Shown: in pieces, positions 39,814 through 52,600 of the stretch | How the letters are laid out: every line of letters begins with the position of its first letter | Position numbering within the stretch: position 1 is the first letter of the stretch | Assembly: GCA_965603825.1 (NCBI GenBank) | Contig: CBFDEM010000026.1 | Coordinates: forward strand, 1-64,000 | DNA length: 64,000 nucleotides | DNA from: Blepharisma stoltei ATCC 30299 | Taxonomy: Eukaryota; Protista; Ciliophora | Direction: 5' to 3' | The notes under the pieces: generated by a model | Databases searched by the model: none | Told to the model about the DNA's origin: nothing | What the model saw: the letters and a program-made list of their open reading frames with translations, nothing else | Made by a program: the position numbers and the translations under genes

Positions 39814-41061
39814 ATGCAAGATTCAATATCAACATATCAAGATACCCTTAATTATCTTTACAGCCTCCATGCATCCCGCCACCACAACCCAATCCCTGTA
39901 ATCCGCTCCTTATTACAAAAAATCGATAATCCCCATTTGTCCTACAAAGTCATCCACATCACAGGAACCAAAGGTAAAGGAACCGTGGCAACTCAATGTG
40001 CAGCAGTTCTTAGATCTGCAGGCTATAAAGTAGGCTTGATGACTTCTCCTCATTTAGTAGACTTTTGTGAGCGTTTCCAAGTGGATTTTCAATACATACC
40101 TCAGTCTTATGTAGCAGAGAACATCCCGATAATTCGCAATATCATTATCGAAAATAAAGGACCTCTCAGCTTCGCCCTTATGGCATATTCATTAGGCTTT
40201 AAATATTTCAGAGACCAAAACTGTGACTGAGCCGTAATTGAAGTTGGCTGCGGCGCCACCCACGACTACACAAATGTTGTCGAGCCTGAGATTTCTGTTA
40301 TAACTTCTATAGGCCTCGACCATTGCCACATCTTTGGAAATACTTATGAAGACATCGCCCTAGAAAAGTCTGGGATCATAAAATTCCACAAACCTTGTGT
40401 AGTTGGCCCAAGTTGCCCAACAAAAGAATTTTTAAGAAAAGTCGCAGAAGAAAAAGAAGCTGAAATTTATTTTGTCGAAAAAGGAGATAGCTACGAAACA
40501 TTTGACCAAGAAAATTCTAATATCACAAGGCAAATTTTTAAGGCTTTAAACCAAAAAGAACAAATTGTAAGGGAAAGTGATATAGAAAAAGGGGTAAGAT
40601 GGAGACCACCGTGCAGGAAACAAGTGATTAATGCAAATGGGAAGACAGTGATTTTAGATGTAGGGCATAATCCTATGGCTTTGGAAAGGCTTTTTGCTGA
40701 CTTAAATTTAAGTTTTGCTGGGAAAAGGATTAGGGTTGTCTTTGGGATGGGAAAAAAGAGAGATGATCGTGAGTTGTTGGAAATTGTCTGTAGACATGCG
40801 AGCTGTTTGCATTTAATTACAGCTAATAATGAGCTGTTGTTTGGGTATCAGGAGCTTGAAAATACTGCAAGAAGTATTAATGCAGAAATTGTGTCGATTT
40901 CTGGACATATTAGTAGTGTTTTGCCGACGGCGATTGAGGAGATGGATCAGGAGAATGAAATTTTGTTGGTTGTTGGGTCGTGCTTCATTATGGAAGGAGC
41001 TAAATCAGCGTTAGAACTGATTGGAGCTGAGGTTAATCTTAGTTTAGATAGAGAATTTTAA
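39814..41061 (+). CDS. folC: Folylpolyglutamate synthase / dihydrofolate synthase, 415 aa
   Basis: Motifs HITGTKGKGT, TSPHL..ERF, DWAVIEVG (W=TGA at 40228), ITSIGLDH, EKSGIIK, ILDVGHNP and VVGSCF in one continuous frame. Confidence 0.95.
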
Positions 41062-41144
41062 TTCATTTATTGCTTAATTTAACTAAAGTAATATTCTCTT
41101 TATATGTATATTATTTAGAGTAGTGATTGCATAAAAATACTTAT

Positions 41145-42200
41145 ATGCTGGTTTTTCTTTTTAAAGTGGCTTATGCTTTAAAATCTCGATTGCAACCCTA
41201 ACGCTAGAGCACAGCATAATTTAAATTCAGATAAGATGTTTTATCCGCTCGCCTTCATGCATAACTGGGCTATGCAATTATTATTCTTTAGAATCCAACC
41301 CCAAAAGAAAATAACTAATGAAATTTAGCGAATTACTACGAATTTTGCATTTTATCAGGATGTACCTTTTGCTTATTAAATGTGATAGATCTAGAAAAAT
41401 GCAGATTTTGTGCAAAAAATTGTCACGAAGATATTCTTTGGAATGGAAATTGTGATGAAGAATGTAAAACGGCTAAATGCAGGTAGATTTAAATGATTGT
41501 GGATAATGCGCTATAAACTGTAAGCTGAGGCAAATTAATAAAAAATTGCGATCCTGAGTGTAATAATCCTAATTGCGGGTAAGATGGAAATGATTGTGAA
41601 TGTGTCCCTAATTAGATTATGGAAAATACAAGCTAGAATGACTGATTTTAGATTGTAATTACTACTCGATAGGGGCTCAATGCATTTATTAAGATCTTAG
41701 AGAATTTTATCTGCCTTGGCAATTTTTAAATTAATGTATCATGCCTTTTTTCCCAGCATAAATCACCTGGAAACAGGTATTTGCTGCTATTTTTCGATCA
41801 AGTGTCTATTGATTATAAAGTTTCAGCCAAATGATCTCAAGGAAATGCTTGCAAGAGGTTATATTCAGAAAAATAGATATATAGCTTAAATAAGCTTTTC
41901 TGCCATGGCAAATTGTTTTCAAATTTTAAAGAAAATCTCTTTTTTATGAATTAATTAATTTATATAAAATTATTCACAAAAAATTGCAATTCTGGCTGCA
42001 TGAATAAACTATTTTGATAAAAGCGTTAAAAGCTGTCCTCAAAGCTATTCTAATAATCCAATTACCCATTCAACTTGCTATATTAATTAATAAAAAGGAA
42101 ACCAAAATCCATCAAAATTTATCTTGACCATAATGCTACTAATAGTATTGCTGATGGGTCACAAAATAATCCTTGCAAAACCCTCGAAACAAAATTATTA
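41145..42200 (+). pseudogene. Degenerate tandem copy of the 5' (LNR) part of the downstream gene
   Basis: Starts ATGCTGGTTTTTCTT like 42540. Retains GNCDEECK, CDPECNNPNC and DGSQNNPCKTL traces amid many stops and frameshifts. Confidence 0.8.
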
Positions 42201-42539
42201 GAATCCTCAATGCTCTAATCAATTTAGATTGCTTAAGTAAGGGTCTCCTTCATTTGGAAATGCAAGAGTGAGTCATATATCCATTATATATGCTAAAGTC
42301 CCAGAGTAGTTATTTTTATAAATTTTTCCCAAGTCTTGATAAAGATTTGCTAAATTTAATAATATCAAGTTACCAAAGGAGACCATCTTCACTTTGTTCA
42401 AGTTGCATTATCAAAAAAATTTTATTCTTAATTTAAACAATAAACTATTTAAATATATGTTTAGTATTTATCATCGAAAAAAATGATTAAAATCTATCAT
42501 TTTATCTGCAATTTTTCTTCAATTGTATAAAAAATATCC

Positions 42540-45500
42540 ATGCTGGTTTTTCTTATTCATATATCTCATGCTTTGCATCTAGACTGCAATCCTAATATTT
42601 GCGAAAAATACAATGTAATCTAGACTCAGATAGGAGATAATATTTGCTCACCTTCATGTATGATTGAGCCTTGCAATTATGATTCCTCAGAAAATAATTT
42701 TCCTGATAAAATCACTATTATAAAATCCAGTGATTGCTATGAATTCTGCATTTCATCTGGCTGCACTCTTGAGCTATTAGAAAACGATAAATGTGACGAT
42801 GGTAATATATATATAAGAATGCAAAATACAAGAATGCGCTTGAGATTTAGGACAATGTGGATTTTGTGCTAAAAATTGCTATGAAGATATGCTTAATGAT
42901 GGAAATTGCGATGAAGAATGCAATACAGCTGAATGCCGATATGATTTAAATGATTGTGGATGATGTGCAAAAGACTGTAAATTGGAAATGATTAATAATG
43001 GAATTTGTGATCCTGAGTGTAATAATGCTGAGTGCGAATATGATGGAAAAGACTGTAAATGTGCTCCTAACTGTAAGTTTGAGGACTATGGGAAATGCAA
43101 GCCAGAATGTATGGTTCCAGACTGTAACTATGACTCTATATGAATGACATGTCAAAATGAAAATCTTAGGAAATTTTATCTATATTGGCAATTATTAAAT
43201 TACGATTTTTTATCTACACAAAACATCGATTTCTCAAACTGCACTTCGAGCCTCAATGATAATTTTATTAGCTGTCAAATTTATAATTTGTATGAAACTG
43301 GTGAGCTATTAACAGACAATTGCGAATCAAGCTGCCTTAAATGCACAAATAGTTCAGACTGCGTCGAATGCGATTGTTCGAAAGGGTATATAAACTTTTT
43401 TGACAAATGCGTTATGAGCTGCCCTCAAGGCTATTCTCCTCATCCTCTAATCCCTTCAATTTGCTATAGTAATTAATAATAAGGAGGCGAAGATTCAGTT
43501 AAAATTTATGTCGATTATAATGCAACTAGTAGCATCTTTGATGGCTCTAAAAAATATCCTTATAAAACTCTTTATGATGCAGTTACTAACGCTAAAAATC
43601 CATATATTGAAATTTTACTGAAGCCTGGAATACACAAAATTAACTATGAAATACCTATAAATCCAATAATCATGTCTTTGACATTAAAATCTGACTGTGA
43701 TAATGACTGTTCTGAATATGCATTTCTCAATATAACAAGTAGCAAATTTTCATTCCCAACAGCAGGAGCTTTATATGTAAATTTCTATAATTTAATAATT
43801 GACAGAAAAACTGTCAATGGCCCGTATATGGTTTATGCTACTGATGATGCATCAGAATCATCTATTTGTCCACAATTAGATTTTTTGAATTTAATTGAAA
43901 TTAAAAAGAAGGCAAAATTTAAAGTTGAAAATTCAACTTTTCAAAATATAAGATATAATGTGCGGCATGTTATCAGTGCTGAGGGTACGATAAACCTTTA
44001 TAATACAAACTTTACAAATATAAATACCTTTTTTTGTCCAGGCTGATTCTCTGTAATTATGCTTTCATGCAGCTCTTCGTGCTACAGCAGTTCATTTATA
44101 TATGAATCAGGTTATGTTTCTTTAAAAAATGGGTATTTTAGCACCCTCATAAGTTTTGCTTCAAGTTTTCTTGTATCAGAAGGCTTCAAAAATATTGAAT
44201 TTAATCATGTCGACTTTTCAAATATTTTAGTCTTAGGAGAGTGAGAAATTTCTTCTTTATCCTTTGAAGGCTGCAAGTCATTATTATGCATTAAAGACTG
44301 TAAGCAAGCTGTAATTACCAATAATAAATTCAGTCATATTTTTACAGAAAATGATTTAATCTTTATTAGCATTGAAAAAGATTATATGAGATGATTTTCA
44401 ATAGTTATATTTGATAATAATCAATTCAATTATACGTCTTCTGGGAATAATTTTTTTTCCATAAAATCTCAATCTGAATCTTCCAGTATTTTTATAAAAA
44501 ATTATGAAATATCAAACAGCCTATGCTCTTTAAATATAATCAATATAGAAGGAACAGGGAAAAATATTGAAGCTGACATTGAAAATATTTCAATAAAATA
44601 TTCATTGTTTGATCATATTATAAACTCAAAGGAAACTAAAGTCCTGAAAATAGCTTCAGTGCATACTGATACTTTGCTAACTCAGGCGGAACCAGAAATA
44701 GCTGAAAATATAAGCTATTCTAATAATCTTATAAGATTTGGGTTGAAACTGTATCATGAGCCAATCGTTTCTTTTATAAATGCATCTAATGGTGATATTT
44801 CAATCTGAAACATCACAATAAACAGCACAACATTTATTGACAGCCTAACTGAATTGCATTTTGCTGATCTAAGAGACTTAGATGATCTTTCAATTGAAAA
44901 TATTGAATTAGAATGCTTTATAGTTACAGATGATTTTACTTTATCAATAGAAAATAGCAAAAAAAGTATCTTTAGCAATATACATATCACAGACTGCAAA
45001 ATACTTGCTCATAATATACTATCAGCACATTTTTTAAATATCAAGCTTGATATGAATAATTATAACAGAGCTTTGCTTCATTTAAGAGAATGCAGAAACG
45101 CAACAATTGATTCTTCTTATTTCAATTCTAGCTTGATTAGCACTGAATCTCAATATAAAGATTATTCATTTTTCGGAGTTTATGATACAATATTTGTAGA
45201 CAGCAATCTTTATTTAAATGATTCTTCAAACTTCGGTGACTACCATTTCATAGAGTGCTCATTTTTAAATGCATCTTTGAATAATGGCAGTGTAATTACA
45301 GCTTACTTTATAAGTGAAAATATGTCAATTTTAACCAAGAAATGCGATTTTCTATTAAATGGGCAATACCAATTATATATAATAGGCGGAAACTACCATG
45401 ATATTGATAGCAGTTTTAAAGAAAACCATTCAGTTTTTTACGCCTATCAAAAAAATGACAATTTTAATAGTACTTATTCATTTCAAGCTTTTATTTTTTC

Positions 45501-48500
45501 AGTCAATATGGAATCCTACGCAAGTAGCTTTGATTCTTGTGATGAATATGATTCATATAATGACGAATCATTTTTTGATGCAGATATAGATGATGCTATC
45601 GCAGAAGTAGAGACTTGGGAAGAAGAAATTCGCATGATGGAAATAGAGGGAGAAGATGAAGTCTCATATTGCCAAGGAAATTGGGAGGAAGAGCTAGCTT
45701 CCAGCCTGGGAAGTAGCGGATTTAATTAGATTCTGCTCTGGGCAGCTAAACGAGAGGAGGACGTTGATGTTCGCCACATGATTTAGGGCGACACCCTATG
45801 ACTTAGAAGTAAGCCAGCAGAGAGAAATTAAAAGGCAAAAGAGGAAGAGGTAAAGGAGAAGGAAGGAGAAATTGAAAAGGCGCAAAAAGCTGGAAAGTCC
45901 GGGAAAGCAGGGACTGCAAAAGCCCAACAACAATCCCAAAAAACCCAACAAACTCCGCAAAGAAGTCAGCAGGAACTGAAGAAATCCTTGAAAAAGGCGA
46001 AGAAACTCTTGAAGGAGCTGGAAAGATCCTTGAGAAAGCTGAGAAAACCCTTGTAGGAACTGGAGGAGTCCCTAAAGGGGCTTGAAAAACTGATGAACTT
46101 GGTGGTATGCCTGAAGAAGATGTCGAAGGCACTGAAGAAGAATCCGAAGGAAGAGAAAAAAAAGAAGACCATAAGGCCTTTTCGGTCACCTTGACACTTA
46201 ACCTATTCATTTCAAGGCACTGAATTTTACGATAGTTGAGGAAATGGCAATTCATTTGAAGTTGGTAATGGAACATTGAATTTCACTGATTGCACATTTC
46301 TAGAAAATAAAGCTTTCTCAATTGAAACTGAATCCTCTCTTTTTATAAATAATTGCAGCTTCACTAAGAATTATCAATATAGTTCTCTTATACGAGCAAA
46401 CGGCCCATACAGTATCATTAAGAACAGCTACTTTGCAAATAATGAGATAGATGTAAATTCTTCAAGCTTGATCCTTGAGATATATAACTCAACTTTTTAT
46501 CGTAATATTGACAACGGATGAAATGATAACATTATTACTTTTAAGCATGGAGAAGATTTCAAAATTTGAAATTCAAAATTTATAGTATCAGTCTCATCAA
46601 TAGCAATTTATGCTTATGGAAATAGTACTAAAATACAAAATTGCTATTTTAAAGTGTTGCAACCTTCAAATTTCGGAAGCATTAGTTTTGAGGGAGATTA
46701 CCTATATATATCAAATATCACGATGATTGGAATAAATAACCCTGACCCAAATAGTTTTGATCATCCATCGTTTATATATGTGTATTATTCCCAAATTATG
46801 GATATAGAGGATTCTTATTTTGAAGGATATTATAATGCTGCAGCAAATTTACTAGAAATAGATTATATAAACATAAAACGAAGCTTATTTAAAAATGGGT
46901 CAAAGAGCAGGGCATTAGAAATTAGCAAATATTATGAATGCTATCTATCTGACTTAAAATTTATTAATAACACCAATAGTGACACAGGAGGCTCTATAAA
47001 ATCTGTCAATGATAACAATTATAGATATTATTCACAATCCAATATTATTATTGTTGATAATTGTGAATTTGATAATAATCAGGCAACAAATTTTGGAGGA
47101 GCAATAGTACTAGATGGATGTGATGCCATAATAAAAAACTCGAAATTCACTAATAATACATCAGATATCGGAGGGGCCATTGTATCTTTATGCCAGAAAA
47201 ACAATAGGACTAACTATTTGGTAAATAATACTTTTTATCATAATAAGGCTTTAATTGGAGGAGCAGTATATTGAGAAGGCAGCTATCAAAATACATCAGG
47301 GAATACTTTTATTGCTAATTACGCAGAATATGGGAATAATACAGCTTCTCAACCAGTAAAATTGTTAATAACAAAGCCGCCTTATAATATGTTGAGTGGA
47401 AGCGAAATTATTGAAAAAAAAATAGTGTGTGGATCAGACTATATTATATCCTTTCAAGCTGCTCTCATCGATATAGACAATCAGACTGTCTCTTATGGGT
47501 ACGACGACTCTTTAGCCTTTTTAAATTGTGAAACCAATGGAGCAAAAATTATTGGAACCTACAAAGAGTACCCAAAATGAGGAATGATCAATTTTGATAG
47601 TTTCTCATTATCTTGTCCCCCAGGAATAGAAATAGTTTTAAGCCTAAGCTATTCTGGAAAAGTATATTATTATTTCAACAATAGTAAGTTTTATAATCTC
47701 CCAGAAGCCAAAATTATTATAGATACCAGATCCTGTGAAAAAGGAGAATATAGGGATAATGATAGATGTGAGTTTTGCGAAATTGGAACATTTAGCTTAA
47801 ATTATTGAGATAAATGCGAAACATGCCCTAATCATGCTTTTTGCTATGGAGGATATCAAATTGCGCCATATAAAGGCTACTGGCATGGTAGTAATGAGTC
47901 CAGTACAATTTACCCCTGTCCAAACCCTGATGCCTGTAGAGGTGGATTAGATTGAGAAGTTAACTATACATCCTTAATTGGAATATGTGCAGAAGGGTAT
48001 AGAGGAAATAAGTGCCAGCCATGCGATTTCGGCTATTCATCATCAGGGAGAAACAAGTGTGAAAAATGTCCTTCTGATCAAGATACAAATGCAGCTAAAA
48101 TAATTTTTATATTTACAGCTGCAGCTATATCACTCACTTGCATAGTATATTTCTCATTAAAAACAGCCTATGAGCCAAAATCTACAATTTCTGTATACTT
48201 CCGTATTTTAATCAATTATTTACAAATGATTACTCTTGTAGCTAGACTTAAGCTGAATTGACCATTTTATATAGAATATTGATTAGCTAATCAAGGGTAT
48301 CCTGGTGAAGTCCCTACACATTGGATATCTTTAGACTGCTATTTAATGGACGAAAGAGACCCAGATTCATATAAAACTATCTATTTCAAAAAATTGATTA
48401 CTATAGTTGCACTTCCAGCCATTCTAGGCTTTGCTGCATTTATTTTTTGGTCTTTTATTGCGATATTTCAAAGAAATTGAAAAATGATGAAAAACGAATT

Positions 48501-49440
48501 AATAGCGACTATATGTATTTTATTATTTTTGATTTTGCCGTCAATTACTGACTATATGTTTTCGATTTTTAGCTGCACTTATATTTATGATAAATTATAT
48601 TTAGTAAGCAACCTTGATATTAAGTGCTGAAATGATGATCATTATTTCTATGCTGTCACTATAGCTTTACCTGGAATTATTGTATGATCTATAGGAATTC
48701 CTGCATGCGTTTTTCTATTTTTACGAAAAAGAAAGTTCAAATTGCACAGACTTGACACAAAGCTTAAATTTGGGTTTTTATATAACGGATATCGAGAATC
48801 TACCTATTACTGGGAATTTATCATAACGATAAGAAAATTAATGATCATTTGTTTAACTGTATTTTTGACAACTGAGACCATTGAAATTCAAACAGCATCA
48901 TGTGCTTCTGTTTTTGCTGTGTTTTATTATATCCAGAAAACATATTATCCATTTGAGTACGAGAATCTCAATAAAGCTGAGTTAGGCAGCAATTTTGTAG
49001 TACTAATTACAACCTGGTGTGGGCTATTTTATACAGGCAGCGGCTTAAACATATTTGCTAATATTATTTTCTTTTTTTTTATATTATTAGCAAATGCTTA
49101 TTTTGTCTTCATGTGGACTCGAACTATGATTATTGAATTAAAGCTATTAGCAATTGAAATTTTCCCAATTTTTAAGAATTATTTTGATGCTGATGAGCTG
49201 AAAATAAAGAAAAACAGCGAAATGAGGCCTGTTTTTTCTTTAATAAATCAGGATGAAGACTCAGCAATTGAAATAAAATTGGATAAAAGAATAAAAAATA
49301 GCGTTGATTTATCTATTTTGAAAATTAAAGAAAATATTAATATAATAGAAGAACAAAAGGATCAGTCGAATGATGAGTCGAGCGGAGAGTTAAGCGTCTT
49401 TGGGCCATTTGCTTGCCAAGATGTTGAAGAAGGCACTTAA
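42540..49440 (+). CDS. Surface membrane protein: LNR (Lin12/Notch) repeats, pectin-lyase-like beta-helix (GGAI/FxxN), Cys-rich region, multi-TM C-terminus; about 2041 aa once the insertion is removed
   Basis: Introns at 42615-42629 (15 nt), 42802-42817 (16 nt) and 43469-43483 (15 nt). LNR motifs GNCDEECNTAECRYDLNDC and NGICDPECNNAECEYDGKDC; TM region ILINYLQM..LDC..GFLYNGY..YYWEFII. The only exonic TAA/TAG stops lie inside the 45488-46203 insert. Confidence 0.85.
45488..46203. mobile_element. 716-bp insertion flanked by a 13-bp direct repeat TATTCATTTCAAG (45475-45487 and 46204-46216)
   Basis: Exact direct repeat, abrupt shift to purine/GC-richer sequence, and no obvious terminal inverted repeats. 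Removing the insert plus one repeat restores NSTYSFQGTEFYDSWGNG in the host gene. Confidence 0.85.
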
Positions 49441-49696
49441 AACGATTAATTAAATAATTAATGGTTAAAAAAATATTAGGGGCAAAGGAGTAGTATTAAT
49501 AAACGATGGGTCATGCTAGAAATTAACTTTATTTGGGCCATTTATGCCAGACTATCAAAGAAATACTGGATCTAATTAATAATTAAGACTTTTCAAAACT
49601 ACTATCTAAATTTTGTTTTTACTATATATTTCTAAATTTGACGAAAAATATTGCTTATAACAACCACTAGCAACTTATATAAAATGAATTAACTAC

Positions 49697-52600
49697 TTAT
49701 AAATGAGTCTCTCTTTTATGCTGCACATATGCAACAATCACTTTAATAATCTGAACAAGTGCCATATCACATAGCAGAGAAATAATAATCATCACCATCC
49801 ACATCATATCTCCATTCCCATCAACCTTCTGAGTAATCCAATAAGCAGCCACCACAACAAGTCCAATCACCACTAAGCATAACAAATATCCTGCAAGCCT
49901 CAATATTCTATTAATTTTTTCTTGTTTTGCAGCTTCTTTCATATCAGTTCTTATCTTTATTCTGCGTTTAATTAAAATCCAGCCGATTGCTATTGCTAAA
50001 AGATTGGAAAATACTGGGGAGAAAATGGCGAAAATTATGTGGAGATAATCAATGTCTTGGAATATCCCTGTAAATTCATAATCTTTTGAGGAAGAGATGC
50101 CTGACTCGTAGAGCGCAATGAAAATTCCGTTGAAAAATGCTTGAAGAAGTAGGGAAAAAATAAGCAAAGTGCTTCTGGAGAGTCTTGAGTAGAATGGCAT
50201 ATAGAAAAAGAATGGAGAAATAAAGTAATAAGCTGTAAGCGGGTTTGAAGGAGTCTTTAGATACGTATCATTACTGGTTTCTTTTGCTTTTTGAGAGCCT
50301 GCTATTAAGTTATAATCAGGATTTCCCCTCTCCAATTCCTCATTTTTTTCTTTGCTCTTCACAATAATATCCGGCACTATTTTTTTCTTATTCAAATACG
50401 AAACCTGCCCCAGATTTTCAGGCGATCCAGGCAGAGTTTCATTAATATTTTCATTACTTCTCTTATAAAACATCGGCCTATCACTTTCAATCTCAATGCT
50501 TTCATTTCTATTCATAGGCTTCACCAAATTATCAAGCTCCGTATTTGTTGTTCCTTTATAAATTTTGTTATGTAGCTTAATAGCACTCATTTTTTCATTG
50601 GATAATTTTTTCTTTTCTTTGGAGTCAATAAAGATAAATATAAAAGCCATGATTACATAAGCCCCAGCTAAGGAGCAGACATAATAAAATGTCCCTTCCC
50701 ATGCGTCTTTTGATGGGGCGTCTACATTGGTATTGTTTGGAGTGACGATGGCTAGGTTCATGCCAGCTGAGAATAAGGAAGTATGGGAACACCTGCAGGA
50801 GACTTCAGGGTAGGTGTAGCTTACATATTCGCAGCCTGATGTAGACCATGCGTTATTATCATAATATACACATTGAATAGTGTCTCCTTTGTTGACTGTT
50901 GAATAGTAAGGAATAGTCAGATTGGCGTAGCTTGGAGAAAAATTCAAGGTGAGAGTTATATTTCCACTAGGCAAAATTTCGATTATTTTGAACTCTACAC
51001 CTCTTGAATATGATTCTGCAGAATTATCTTTTGCGTTGTCATAAACTATAAAGATCGTCAGCATTGATTTAACTCCGTCAATAATAACTGATGCATTTGT
51101 AGGGAATGTAAAACTGCCGTAATAGTTTGAGCTTGAGGTGGTCTTGTAGCCCGTCAAATCGGATGGATTCAGCATCTGCACAGTCGCGTGGACATATGTG
51201 GATTCACTTGTAATAGTCTGACCTAACGACATTGAGTTAGCCCCAGCCACATATAAATCAGTCAAAACTTGGTTTGTGCTGGCTAGCACACTAGGATTAT
51301 CTTTAACTGATGTAGAATTAACCCCAGCCGCCTGAGCAATTGTACTGGTACAGGTCTGTATCTGAGAAGTCGTCAATTTTACATTATATTTGATAATTTT
51401 CCCTAATAGCGTAGTTGTAGTAGAAAACAGTGTCTGCCGATTTGCATCATTAAGAACCGTCGTCTCAGATGACGTGACACCTTTTAATAAATTCAAAATA
51501 GTCTGTGAGTTCTGAGCATCTATTGTAGGCAGCGAACTCATAATTTTTGATATCGTAGTCAAGCTTGTAGATGCAGCAGTTTGTATGTCACTAGCTGAAG
51601 ATGATGAATTCGATATAATAAAAGAGTTTAAGGAGTTCACAAGCATAATAAGGGTAGAGGAATCTGTATAGGAATTAGAAAGAGTGCTTTGGGCTGTCGA
51701 TAAAAGTGAAGACGTTGTTGTAGAACTCCCAAGAGAAATGGTAGCGGTTGAGCTGACAAGGGTGTAGCTTCCATAGTTATCATAGACTTTTACAAATAAA
51801 GTCATAGGGGTTATATAAGGTAAAGTTGCATATAAAAATGAGCTTTCGTTTTTGACGTTTAATGGGATTTCTGAAGTGCCGTTATAGAAGCCAAACTGAT
51901 AGTTTAGAGGAAAAACGCTGCTTGAACTAGACCAGCTTGGGGCGTCTAAATAGAAAACAGTAGAATATGCTGTACCTTGGCCTGGGGATACTGAAAAAGA
52001 CCCACCGGACGGAGGCTGAATTGCAGTAAAAGAAATCTTGAATTTAGACACAACGGTCGAGGTGGTCACAGAAAACAGAAATTCATAGGTCGCCCCGGGT
52101 GTTAGGGTGTTAGCCAAAAGCCCAATACTTGTAGAATCTGTCGACCCCATCAGTGTATAAGTCCCTCCACTTGTCATCGTCCACAAGCAGGTATAGTCTT
52201 CCGTCATGACTGGATAAGCCCAAATAACAAAATTCTCCTGATAATTCACATATTTTGGTATGCTTGAAAACGTCACTGTTGCTGGGGTATAAGAAACGAC
52301 GTTTACATTGATTGCTGTACTGGTGCTTCTAGTAGATTTACTTGCAGTAAATGTAAAAATATAATAATTTCCTGATTGTAAGGTGTTTCCTGATATAGAT
52401 AATGATAAAGAGGTAGGGGACGATATCAAGGACGTACAGTCATTACTATTTAAACTGCAAGTCCAGGAATAGGATAAGGTGCCTTGTTGGTTGTCTGGGT
52501 CTGTAACTGTAGGAGAAACTGATAAGTTATCAGACGATTTTAGAGTAATTAAAGGATTGGAAACTGTTACTATTAAATCTGAAGCCACATAAGTCAAGCT

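Noticed and set aside
45803-46276. 157-aa minus-strand ORF as a gene
   Set aside because: It is a low-complexity antisense reading of the purine-rich insert and crosses the insertion boundary.
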